From the NCBI GenBank assembly GCA_040878325.1, contig JBBDMM010000004.1, positions 62,001 to 104,484 on the forward strand: DNA of 42,484 nt, read 5' to 3'. Below the pieces are notes generated by a model. It searched no databases. It worked only from the letters and a program-made list of their open reading frames with translations, and was not told where the DNA came from. This DNA is from Acidimicrobiia bacterium. Lineage in GTDB: Bacteria; Actinomycetota; Acidimicrobiia; Spongiisociales; UBA11373. Each line of letters opens with the position of its first letter. The first letter of the stretch is position 1. Of this stretch, positions 27,339 to 35,115 are shown one piece after another. The translations under genes were made by a program, and so were the position numbers.

Positions 27339-27511
27339 CGTCTCCCCCCGGCCTCCGGGGGGAGACGCCCGAAGGGGGAGGGGGCAGCTGACCCTGCGAG
27401 CGGGACTGGACCCGTTCTTGAAGAAATGGTCAGATCGCACGCTGTCTCCGCTGCCCCCTCCGCCTCGCTTCGCTTCGGCACCTCCCCCGCCGAAGACGGC
27501 AGGGGAGGACG
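27339..27511. repeat. CGTC-tagged palindromic doublet (REP/MITE-like), copy 1
   Basis: CGTC...GACG ends; two inverted arms (CTCCCC..GGGGAG...GAGGGGGCAGC) around a spacer of about 60 nt; homologous to 30235-30404. Confidence 0.8.
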
Positions 27512-27552
27512 CCCTCCTGCGGGAGGCGGGAGGCGATGTACGCTCCCCCACC

Positions 27553-28440
27553 GTGACCGATCGCCGCTTTGCTCGCTTCGCCCTCGGCACCCTGGTGTTC
27601 AACGTGGGAGTGATCTTGTTCGGGGCCGTGGTGCGGGCCACCGGTTCGGGGGCGGGTTGTGGCTCGCATTGGCCCACTTGCGGGGGGGATGTGGTCCCGT
27701 TGTCGGGCTCGGCGGAGCGCTTCATCGAGTTCGGCCACCGCGCCTCGAGCGGGGTCGCCCTCGTTCTCGTCGCCATCCTGGTGCTCTGGGCGATCCGGAC
27801 GCGCCGACGAGGCGATCCGGTGCGCATCGCCGCCATCGCCTCAGGCGTGTTGATCGTGAACGAGGCGCTGATCGGTGCCGCCCTGGTGCTGTTCGAGTGG
27901 GTCGGCGACGACCGCTCGGCGGGTCGCGCCGTATCGATCACCGTGCATCTGGTCAACACTTTCCTGTTGCTGGCCGCGCTGACTGCCACCGCGTGGTGGG
28001 CGTCGGGGCGGCCGGTGCCTCCCCGTCGGCCACACCGGGCGACCGCCTGGCTGGTCGGCATCGGTGCCGGGGCACTGATCCTGGTTGGGGCGACCGGAGC
28101 GATCACCGCCCTCGGCGACACCCTCTTCCCACCGCACGAGGTGGGGGTAGACCACTCGGGGAGCTTCCTGGTGAGCCTGCGATGGGTGCACCCGGTGCTG
28201 GCGGTGGGGACGGGCCTGTATCTCCTTCACCTGGCGCGGGTGCTACCGGTGCCGGATCGCATGCGCGGGTACCTGGCCGCGGTCGTGGTGACCCAATTGA
28301 CGGCCGGAGTCGTCAACATCGCCCTCGCTGCCCCCGTGTGGATGCAGGTGGTGCATCTGCTGATAGCCGATGTCCTGTGGATCGGGCTCGTGGTCATCGG
28401 AAGCACTGCGCTCTCGGAGCGAGCCGAGGTGATGGCGTGA
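27553..28440 (+). CDS. ctaA: Heme A synthase (COX15/CtaA family)
   Basis: GAVVRATGSGAGCGSHWPTC, IEFGHR, VHLVNT, WVHP, VVHLL. The longer ORF's Pro-rich N-terminus is translated repeat, so start is set at GTG 27553. Confidence 0.9.
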   Translation: MTDRRFARFALGTLVFNVGVILFGAVVRATGSGAGCGSHWPTCGGDVVPLSGSAERFIEFGHRASSGVALVLVAILVLWAIRTRRRGDPVRIAAIASGVLIVNEALIGAALVLFEWVGDDRSAGRAVSITVHLVNTFLLLAALTATAWWASGRPVPPRRPHRATAWLVGIGAGALILVGATGAITALGDTLFPPHEVGVDHSGSFLVSLRWVHPVLAVGTGLYLLHLARVLPVPDRMRGYLAAVVVTQLTAGVVNIALAAPVWMQVVHLLIADVLWIGLVVIGSTALSERAEVMA

Positions 28441-29291
28441 CCGCCCGAGTATCCGCCTACATCGGCCTCATCAAGCCGCGGATCATCGAGCTCTTGCTGA
28501 TCACCACGGTGCCGGCGATGGTGCTGGCCGCCGATGGCTGGCCCGGTTGGGGGCTGGTCGGTGCAACGCTCCTGGGTGGGGTCCTTTCGGCGGGTGGGGC
28601 CAACGCAATCAACAACTTTGTCGACCGAGACATCGACGTGCACATGGAACGCACGAAGCACCGGGGGCTGCCGTCCAACGCGGTCGGGCCAAACGAGGCG
28701 CTGGTACTCGGGGTCGTGCTGGGCCTGATGGGCTTCTTCTGGCTCTGGACGACCACCACGCTGCTGGCAGCGATGCTGGCGACCGCCGCCTTCGCCTTCT
28801 ATGTGTTCGTGTACACGATGCTGCTCAAGCGGACGACTCCACAGAACATCGTCATCGGCGGTGCGGCGGGGGCGGTGCCCGCGTTGGTGGGGTGGGCGGC
28901 GGTCACCGGGTCGCTGGCGTTGCCAGCGTGGATTCTCTTCGCCGTCGTGTTCTTCTGGACGCCGGCCCACTTCTGGGCCCTCGCTCTCCGATTCGAAGAG
29001 GATTACGCCCGGGCGGGGGTACCGATGCTGCCGGTGGTAGCCGGCGAGAAGGAGACGACGCTCCAGATCACGCTCTATGCGGCGGCCGTTTCCTTCGTTT
29101 CGCTGATGCTCTATCCGGCGGCGTCCCTCGGCCCGATCTACCTGATCTCGGCAGTGCTACTGGGCGCCGCCTTCATCGGATCCACGCTGATGCTGGCCCG
29201 CGACCGGGGAAAGGCGATGGGTGTCTTCAAGTTCTCCAACGTCTACCTCACGCTGCTGTTCAGCGCGGCGATGTTGGACGTGCTGACCTGA
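28437..29291 (+). CDS. ctaB: Heme O synthase (protoheme IX farnesyltransferase)
   Basis: KPRIIELLL, NNFVDRDIDVHMERTKHR, LKRTTPQNIVIGG, FWTPAHFWAL, DYARAGVPMLP; GTGA overlap with ctaA. Confidence 0.95.
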   Translation: MTARVSAYIGLIKPRIIELLLITTVPAMVLAADGWPGWGLVGATLLGGVLSAGGANAINNFVDRDIDVHMERTKHRGLPSNAVGPNEALVLGVVLGLMGFFWLWTTTTLLAAMLATAAFAFYVFVYTMLLKRTTPQNIVIGGAAGAVPALVGWAAVTGSLALPAWILFAVVFFWTPAHFWALALRFEEDYARAGVPMLPVVAGEKETTLQITLYAAAVSFVSLMLYPAASLGPIYLISAVLLGAAFIGSTLMLARDRGKAMGVFKFSNVYLTLLFSAAMLDVLT

Positions 29292-29317
29292 GCGGCAGCG
29301 GGCTGCTGCAGATTCCG

Positions 29318-30220
29318 CTACTCCAGGAAGGCCAGGATCGCCTTCCCGATCTCATCCGCGTGCGTCAGCACCGCCTCGTGCTTGGCGCCTACCAGTTCGA
29401 GCACCGAGGCACCGGGGATGAAGGAGGCGGTCTCGTACTGCAGGCGTGAAGGGACCAGCTGATCGTCGGTGGGAATGATGCAAAGCGTCGGGGTGTCGAT
29501 GTCGGGCAGGCGGTCCCGAACGTCGAACCGCAAGATGGCGAACCCTCCCTCGTAGTACAGGTCGGTGTCACGGTCGAGGAGGTTCTGCCACAGCCATGCA
29601 GCGTGCTCCGCGGGGATCACGCCGTTTCGCATCAAGTAGCCGTGCGCCAACCGCGGGAGCAGGAATCGATCGACCCGACTGATTGCCCGTCCCAACACGA
29701 AGGCAGGCACGGTCAACGACCGGGGCCGGTCGACCGGATGGGCCGCCGTTCCCCCGAGGATCAGGTGTGATGCCCGTCCCGGGTGGCGGATGGCGAGTTC
29801 CTGGGCGGTCATGCCCCCCATCGAGAAGCCGGCCACCGGGATGCCGCCGATCCCGAGAATGTCGAAGGCCCGGGCGACATCGTCGGCGAGATCGGAGATC
29901 TCAAAACGACCGCGCATGCGGTCGGACTTGCCGTGGTTTCGCAAGTCGAGGTTGATCACGCGGTACCGATCGGCCAGCAGCGGAAGCACCCGATGCCAGG
30001 TGAGGAAGCCGTCGTAGAGCCATCCGTGAAGCAGAACGATCGGCGGCCCATCGGGCGGCCCGGCCTCGCGCACCAGAAACTCCTGTCGGCCCGCGACGAT
30101 GGTCCGGCCCGTCGGCCCCGCTGGTCGCGACTGGACCCCGCGAAACCGCGGAGATGTCTCCGGCCCGAACAGCCGCCACAACATCCAGGCGCCAACGGAG
30201 GTCTTGAGAAGGCCTTTCAC
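29318..30220 (-). CDS. Alpha/beta-fold hydrolase
   Basis: LLHGW, DLRNHG, GFSMGG nucleophile elbow, DQLVP, GAKH; TATCCT-7 nt-GTG. Confidence 0.9.
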   Translation of the reverse strand: MKGLLKTSVGAWMLWRLFGPETSPRFRGVQSRPAGPTGRTIVAGRQEFLVREAGPPDGPPIVLLHGWLYDGFLTWHRVLPLLADRYRVINLDLRNHGKSDRMRGRFEISDLADDVARAFDILGIGGIPVAGFSMGGMTAQELAIRHPGRASHLILGGTAAHPVDRPRSLTVPAFVLGRAISRVDRFLLPRLAHGYLMRNGVIPAEHAAWLWQNLLDRDTDLYYEGGFAILRFDVRDRLPDIDTPTLCIIPTDDQLVPSRLQYETASFIPGASVLELVGAKHEAVLTHADEIGKAILAFLE

Positions 30221-30234
30221 GGGGTCGAGGATAT

Positions 30235-30404
30235 CGTCCTCCTCCGCCGTCCTCGGCGGGGGAGGTGGCGCCGCCGTCTTCGGCGGTGACGGAGGGGGCA
30301 GCTGACCCTGCGAGCATGCCAACCACCCCTCCAGAACCGGGACCAGCCTGCTCGCAGGGACCGCTGCCCCCCTCCTACCTCCCCCCGGAAACCGGCGGGA
30401 GACG
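30235..30404. repeat. CGTC-tagged palindromic doublet, copy 2 (arm order reversed relative to copy 1)
   Basis: CGTC...GACG ends; 25-bp identity GGAGGGGGCAGCTGACCCTGCGAGC (30291-30315 = 27377-27401); long arm matches 27450-27511 in reverse complement. Confidence 0.8.
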
Positions 30405-30821
30405 CAATGCATCCACCGCGAACACATACTCGTCCACCGGCCGGCCACCGACCAGGTGCTCCTCGATGATCCTGTCGAGCACTTCCTCGGTCACGTGGTG
30501 GTACCAGGTGCCGTCGGGGTAGACGACGGCGATAGGGCCCTGTTCGCAGATGCGGAGGCAGTCCACCTTGTTCCGCAGCACCGTCCCGGTGCCGGGCTCG
30601 ACTGGAAGCGGTGGCGCCTCAGGCTTGCCCCGCCAGGCCGGCGGAGCCGATGCCAAGCCCAACTCCCAGAGGCGTCGCTTCAGGTGGGCCCACACCCGGG
30701 TTGTCTCCTCGCGCGGGGCGCACAACGGGGTTGTCTGGTCGGCGCAGAGGAAGATGTGACGCTCGACGCGACCGATCGATAGGGCAGAGGTGATCGCCTC
30801 GAGTCGTTCGCGGTCAGTCAT
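30375..30821 (-). CDS. Thioredoxin-like [2Fe-2S] ferredoxin
   Basis: [13 protein letters not shown]...[22 protein letters not shown]...IIEEHL; ATGA overlap with selD. Confidence 0.9.
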   Translation of the reverse strand: MTDRERLEAITSALSIGRVERHIFLCADQTTPLCAPREETTRVWAHLKRRLWELGLASAPPAWRGKPEAPPLPVEPGTGTVLRNKVDCLRICEQGPIAVVYPDGTWYHHVTEEVLDRIIEEHLVGGRPVDEYVFAVDALRLPPVSGGR

Positions 30822-31855
30822 CCAACGACTCGAATCTCCCCGCGACCTTCATCGGTGAAGCGGCCAATGGTCCACACCTCGCCTCCGAAGCCATCCGTGA
30901 ACGGCTCGACGCTGCCCGGGGCCAAGGCGACCAAAAGCCCCCCACTGGTCTGCGCGTCGGCGAGAAGGATCCTGGTGGCCTCGTCAACGCCGCAAAAGTC
31001 GGTGAAACCTTCGGCATGTTGGAGGTTGCGGCGAGTGCCACCGGCGACGACCCCGTCCTCGGCGAACTTCCGCGCCCCAGGCAGGTGCGGCACCGAGGTG
31101 GCGTCGATTTCTGCTCCCACGGTATCGCCGAGCATTTCCTTCAGATGCCCCAGCAGTCCGAACCCGGTGACGTCGGTTGCTGCCGACGCCCCTGCCGCCA
31201 CCGCGGCGTTGCCGGCGCGTTCATTCAGTTCAATCATCGACGCCACCGCCGCATCTCGAACCGACCGGTCCGCCAGCCCTCGCTTGATCGCCGTCGACAC
31301 CAGGCCGGTCCCGAGCCGCTTGGTCAGCACCAGCACGTCGTCGGGGCGGGCGCCGCGGTTGCGGAGCACCCGGTCGGGGTGAATCACCCCGGTGATGGCC
31401 ATCCCGAACTTCGGCTCGGGGTCGTCGACCGAATGCCCGCCGACGATGGTCACCCCCGCCTTTCGCAATATCTCTCCCGCCCCCCCAATCACCTGGCTCA
31501 GCAACGAGAACGGCAGGGTGTCGCGTGGCCATGCCACCACCTGAAGAGCGGTGAGGGGTCGGCCCCCCATGGCGTAGACATCCGACAGGGCGTTGGCGGC
31601 GGTGATCCGACCCCAGTCGTCGGGCTCGTCGACGATCGGGGTGAAGAAATCGACCGTCTGCACGATGGCGAGGTCGTCGGAGATTCGGTACACCCCGGCG
31701 TCGTCCGAAGCCTCGATTCCTACCAGCAGGTCCGGATGCGTCAGCGGCACCGACCCGTCGAGCGCCCCGATGATCTCGGCCAGCTCGTACTGAGCCAACT
31801 TGCAAGCGCATCCCGCCCCATGGGAGTAGGAAGTCAGTCGGGTGTCGTCGGGCAT
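30818..31855 (-). CDS. selD: Selenophosphate synthetase (Cys form)
   Basis: SHGAGCACK (TGC codon, not TGA), [57 protein letters not shown]-6 nt-ATG. Confidence 0.96.
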   Translation of the reverse strand: MPDDTRLTSYSHGAGCACKLAQYELAEIIGALDGSVPLTHPDLLVGIEASDDAGVYRISDDLAIVQTVDFFTPIVDEPDDWGRITAANALSDVYAMGGRPLTALQVVAWPRDTLPFSLLSQVIGGAGEILRKAGVTIVGGHSVDDPEPKFGMAITGVIHPDRVLRNRGARPDDVLVLTKRLGTGLVSTAIKRGLADRSVRDAAVASMIELNERAGNAAVAAGASAATDVTGFGLLGHLKEMLGDTVGAEIDATSVPHLPGARKFAEDGVVAGGTRRNLQHAEGFTDFCGVDEATRILLADAQTSGGLLVALAPGSVEPFTDGFGGEVWTIGRFTDEGRGEIRVVG

Positions 31856-31868
31856 CCCGAGAGTGTAA

Positions 31869-32032
31869 GGGGGCCTCGCGTTTCTCCCCTCGGAGGGGGG
31901 AGTACGGGAAACCTCTGGGTTCCTTGGGGAGGGGGCGCTCAGACCAAACGAGCAACAGGGAGCCTGGTCCTCTTGCGGAAGGCGGAAGGCGGAAGGCTGG
32001 CTCTTGACTCTTGGCTCTTGACTCTTGACTCT
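31869..32032. repeat. Single CGTC-family-like arm plus heptamer arrays (GGAAGGC)x3 and (TG(A/G)CTCT)x5
   Basis: Arm at 31884-31938; 31930-31950 matches the reverse complement of 41421-41441 at 20/21 nt; eight abutting heptamers at 31977-32032. Confidence 0.85.
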
Positions 32033-32057
32033 CTTCGCCCTCTCTACCCTTCTCCTA

Positions 32058-33248
32058 ATGGACGTCGACGCGTTTCGGAACGAGGCTCGGTCCTGGCTCG
32101 AGGCAAATGTTCCCCGCCGCTCGGGGGACGACAACCCGGCGGCGGTGTTCATCGAGCGACCCGACGAAGCTGCCTATGTGGTCCGGGCCAAGGAGTGGCA
32201 GGCGAAGCTGGCCGATGCCGGATGGGCAGGCATCACGTGGCCGACCGAGTACGGCGGGCGGGGCCTGGGTCCCATGCACCAGATCGTGTGGGTGCAGGAA
32301 GCCGCCCCTTACGACCTGCCGCTCGACATCTTCAACATTGGCATCGGCATGGCAGGCCCCACCATCCTCTCGTGGGGTACGTCGGAGCAGAAGGACCGCT
32401 GGCTGGCTCCGATGCTGCGCGGTGAGGAGATCTGGTGCCAGCTCTTCTCCGAGCCGAACGCCGGCAGCGACGTGGCCTCGGTGCAGACGCGGGCGGTCCG
32501 TGACGGCGATGAATGGGTGGTCGACGGGCAAAAGGTGTGGACCAGTGGTGCCCACTTCTCGAGGTGGGGGATGCTGCTCGCCCGCACCGACCCCGACGCC
32601 CCCAAGCACAACGGCCTCTCGTACTTCGGGATCGACATGGACCAAACGGGGGTCGAGGTACGGCCGCTGCGCCAGATGACCGGGGGCGCTTCGTTCAACG
32701 AGGTCTACATGTCGGAAGCCCGGGTGCCGAATGACGCCTTGATCGGCGGTCCGGGGATGGGGTGGTCGGTGGCGCTCACCACGCTGATGAACGAGCGGAC
32801 CTCGATCGGTGCCGTCGGCGGCCTCGCCGGCTCGTCAGGATCCGATGCGCTCGCCCGTCTGCTGGCCGAGGTCGCCCGGGCCACAGGGAGGGACGCCCTT
32901 ACCGGCCCCACCCGCGACCAGTTGGCGGACCTCTCTATCAGGACCATGGTGCTCCAGCAGCACGCCGGCCGGATCATCGCCAAACTCGCCCAGGGCCAGA
33001 TCCCCACTGCCGAGGGGTCCGCCGCCAAGCTGCTGCTCTCGGGCCTGCTAGAACGCCTCGCCAACTTCGCAGTCGAAGTACAGGGCCCCCGGGGAATGCT
33101 GCTTGGCAACGACGCCCTCGCCGGGGGCACCTGGGGCCTCGCCTTCCTCGGCTACCCCGGAGTCAAGATCGCCGGCGGCTCCGACGAGATCATGCGCAAC
33201 ATCATTGGTGAGCGAGTCTTGGATCTGCCGCGAGAGCCAAAAGGGTAG
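32058..33248 (+). CDS. Acyl-CoA dehydrogenase family protein
   Basis: WPTEYGGRG, WCQLFSEPNAGSD, GQKVWTS, FNEV, NER, IAGGSDEIMRNIIGER; TACCCT-7 nt-ATG. Confidence 0.94.
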   Translation: MDVDAFRNEARSWLEANVPRRSGDDNPAAVFIERPDEAAYVVRAKEWQAKLADAGWAGITWPTEYGGRGLGPMHQIVWVQEAAPYDLPLDIFNIGIGMAGPTILSWGTSEQKDRWLAPMLRGEEIWCQLFSEPNAGSDVASVQTRAVRDGDEWVVDGQKVWTSGAHFSRWGMLLARTDPDAPKHNGLSYFGIDMDQTGVEVRPLRQMTGGASFNEVYMSEARVPNDALIGGPGMGWSVALTTLMNERTSIGAVGGLAGSSGSDALARLLAEVARATGRDALTGPTRDQLADLSIRTMVLQQHAGRIIAKLAQGQIPTAEGSAAKLLLSGLLERLANFAVEVQGPRGMLLGNDALAGGTWGLAFLGYPGVKIAGGSDEIMRNIIGERVLDLPREPKG

Positions 33249-33396
33249 GCCTCCAGCCTCCAGCCTCCAGCAAGAAGGCCTTCCGCCATCCGCCGTCGAC
33301 GATGGAGTTCTATCGGCGAGCGATGGCGGTGACCGACCATCGACCATCGACCATCGACTGAGTTGCCCTCGGATTGCCTCTGGCTAGCATGCCGCC

Positions 33397-33502
33397 CTCG
33401 GTGCCACTGGCACCACCTGCGCAGGTCCTCGTGACCCCCTCAAGGGCCTGCCACCCACTGAAATAGGCCCGGGGTCAGCGATGGCCCCGGGCCTATTTCT
33501 TA
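33397..33502 (+). ncRNA. Candidate small RNA with C-rich loop (unassigned family)
   Basis: TTGCCC-16 nt-TAGCAT promoter (33363-33390), hairpin at 33400-33414, stem 33421-33451 presenting a CCCCC loop, then an 18-bp terminator. Confidence 0.45.
33460..33501 (+). terminator. Strong hairpin/terminator (possibly bidirectional)
   Basis: GAAATAGGCCCGGGGTCA-GCGA-TGGCCCCGGGCCTATTTC: 18 bp with one G-U pair and a GNRA loop, ending in TATTTCTT. Confidence 0.8.
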
Positions 33503-33731
33503 GCCTCCAGTCTCCAGCCTCCAGCCTCCAGCCACCAGCCACCAGCCACCAGCCACCAGCCACCAGCCAGACGCTGGTCGGTCGGACTCCCCGAGTGCGA
33601 TCGGCCGTCCGCGCATCGCGCATCGCGCATTGCAGGCCCAGCGACGAGAGGCCCCGCTCCGTCGAATTGCGAATTGCGAATTGCGAATTGCGGGGCCGAG
33701 CGCAGCGAGGTCCCCCCTTACACTCCTGCCC

Positions 33732-35108
33732 ATGAGACTCCGGCTGCGTCGTCCTCGCGATCTGGCTCTCGCCATTCGCGATCTTGCGCGGCGGCGGCCG
33801 CGGGAAGCGGAGGAGTATCTCGAGGCGCACGAGGAGGAGTGGAGTTCCCTCGCCGAGTCAGATCCGCATGACGCCGCCGACATTCTCGAGGCGATCGGCG
33901 AGGAGGCGGCGGCCGAGCTGATCTCGGACCTCTCCCCCACCGAGGCGGCCGACGTCCTCGAGGAGATGCAGGACGAGGCAGCGGCCGATCTCCTCGAGGA
34001 GCTTCATCCGGCAGAGGCGGCGGGGATGGTCGCCGAGCTGGAGGCCCACGAGGCAGCCGACATCGTCGAGCACCTGGGGGCGGAGGCCCGCACCGCCATC
34101 TTCGATGAGCTCTCTGACCGGCAGGTCGACGACATCCTCGACCTTCTCCGGTACCCGCAGGATTCAGCCGGCGGGCTGATGAGTTCGGGCCCGGCAACCA
34201 TCCCGCTGGGCCTCACCGCAGGCGCGGCGATCGAGGAGCTCCGCCGCCTACACGAGCGGGTGCACAACCTCAACTACGTCTACGTGGTCGACGCCGACAG
34301 CCGGCTGGTCGGAGTGGTCTCGTTCCGCGACCTGGTGTTCGCCACCCCGGAGACACCCCTCAACGAGGCGATCGTGGCGAGTCCGATGGCGGTGCGCCCC
34401 GAGGTCGACCGCGAGGAGGTGGCTGCCATCTTCCAGCGCTACGGCCTGCTGGCGCTGCCGGTCGTCGACCACCGTGGAGTGCTTCTCGGACTCATCGATG
34501 TCGACGATGTGATCGAGGCCGTTCAACGGGAGGCCACCGAAGACATCGCCGCGATGGTCGGTGCCGGCATCGAGGAGACCATCTTCACCCCGGTCGCCAC
34601 CTCAGTGCGACACCGCCTCCCCTGGCTGGTGCTGAACCTCGCCACTGCGTTGATGGTGACGGTGACGATCAGCCGGTTCGAGCCGCTGATCGGCCGGTTG
34701 ACGGTCCTCGCGGCGTATATGCCGGTGGTCGCGTCAATGGGCGGCAACGGCGGCGCCCAGAGTCAGGCGGTCGTGATCAGAACCCTCGCCGCCCACGAAG
34801 TCCCCTCACGAATCGTGGGACGGGTGATCGGTCGCGAGGTCTTGGTGGGGCTGTGGAATGGCCTCGCCGTCGGAATGATCTCCGGGGCCATCGCCTGGTT
34901 CTTCACCGGGGAGCTCCGGATCGGCTTGGTGCTGGGTCTGGCGTCGCTGGCCAACCTGGTCGTCGCCAACTTTGCCGGCACCGGGATCCCGTTGCTCTTG
35001 CACCGAATCGGCAAGGACCCGGCCCTCGGCTCGAATATCCTGATGACCACCGTGACCGACCTGATCGGCTTCGGAGGGTTCCTCGGAATCGCCGCACTAC
35101 TTCTGTGA
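33732..35108 (+). CDS. mgtE: Magnesium transporter MgtE
   Basis: Acidic helical N-domain, YPQDSAGGLM, CBS pair, RLPWL, GGNGGAQS, DPA, TTVTD. Start trimmed to ATG 33732 (TACACT-7 nt-ATG). Confidence 0.94.
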   Translation: MRLRLRRPRDLALAIRDLARRRPREAEEYLEAHEEEWSSLAESDPHDAADILEAIGEEAAAELISDLSPTEAADVLEEMQDEAAADLLEELHPAEAAGMVAELEAHEAADIVEHLGAEARTAIFDELSDRQVDDILDLLRYPQDSAGGLMSSGPATIPLGLTAGAAIEELRRLHERVHNLNYVYVVDADSRLVGVVSFRDLVFATPETPLNEAIVASPMAVRPEVDREEVAAIFQRYGLLALPVVDHRGVLLGLIDVDDVIEAVQREATEDIAAMVGAGIEETIFTPVATSVRHRLPWLVLNLATALMVTVTISRFEPLIGRLTVLAAYMPVVASMGGNGGAQSQAVVIRTLAAHEVPSRIVGRVIGREVLVGLWNGLAVGMISGAIAWFFTGELRIGLVLGLASLANLVVANFAGTGIPLLLHRIGKDPALGSNILMTTVTDLIGFGGFLGIAALLL

Positions 35109-35115
35109 GGCTGCC

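Larger units (their letters stand above)
33249..33716 (+). repeat. Dense mosaic of six heptamer arrays
   Basis: (GCCTCCA)3 33249-33269; GCCTTCC/GCCATCC/GCCGTCG 33278-33298; (GACCATC)3 33335-33355; (GYCTCCA)4(GCCACCA)5 33503-33565; (GCGCATY)3 33611-33631; (GAATTGC)4 33664-33691 followed by a hairpin. Confidence 0.92.

Noticed and set aside
27418..27552. Pro-rich N-terminal extensions on CtaA and on the hydrolase (30221-30448)
   Set aside because: They are translations of CGTC-repeat arms; leaderless -10 elements point to the downstream GTG starts.
26520..28436. 923-aa ORF suggesting a large N-terminal fusion to heme O synthase
   Set aside because: The upstream part is an open shadow frame across lgt, the repeat and ctaA; CtaB similarity begins at GTG 28437.
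31802..31812. Selenocysteine codon in selD
   Set aside because: The active-site codon is TGC (Cys); there is no in-frame TGA.
33531..33568. Tandem GCTGGTGG (E. coli Chi) sites on the minus strand
   Set aside because: By-product of the (GCCACCA)n array. This Chi sequence is specific to enterobacterial RecBCD and I saw no scattered, strand-biased copies.
33249..33716. CRISPR array
   Set aside because: No 23-47-bp direct repeats separated by unique spacers of constant length, and no cas genes; units are 7-mers in tandem.
33249..33731. M-box (ykoK) or yybP-ykoY riboswitch upstream of mgtE
   Set aside because: I could not recognise the conserved sequence blocks, and the non-repeat island is shorter than an M-box; an Rfam scan is still needed.
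33384..33940. Minus-strand ORFs with WWLVAGG / NSQFAIR repeats
   Set aside because: Translations of heptamer arrays overlapping mgtE antisense; no coding support.
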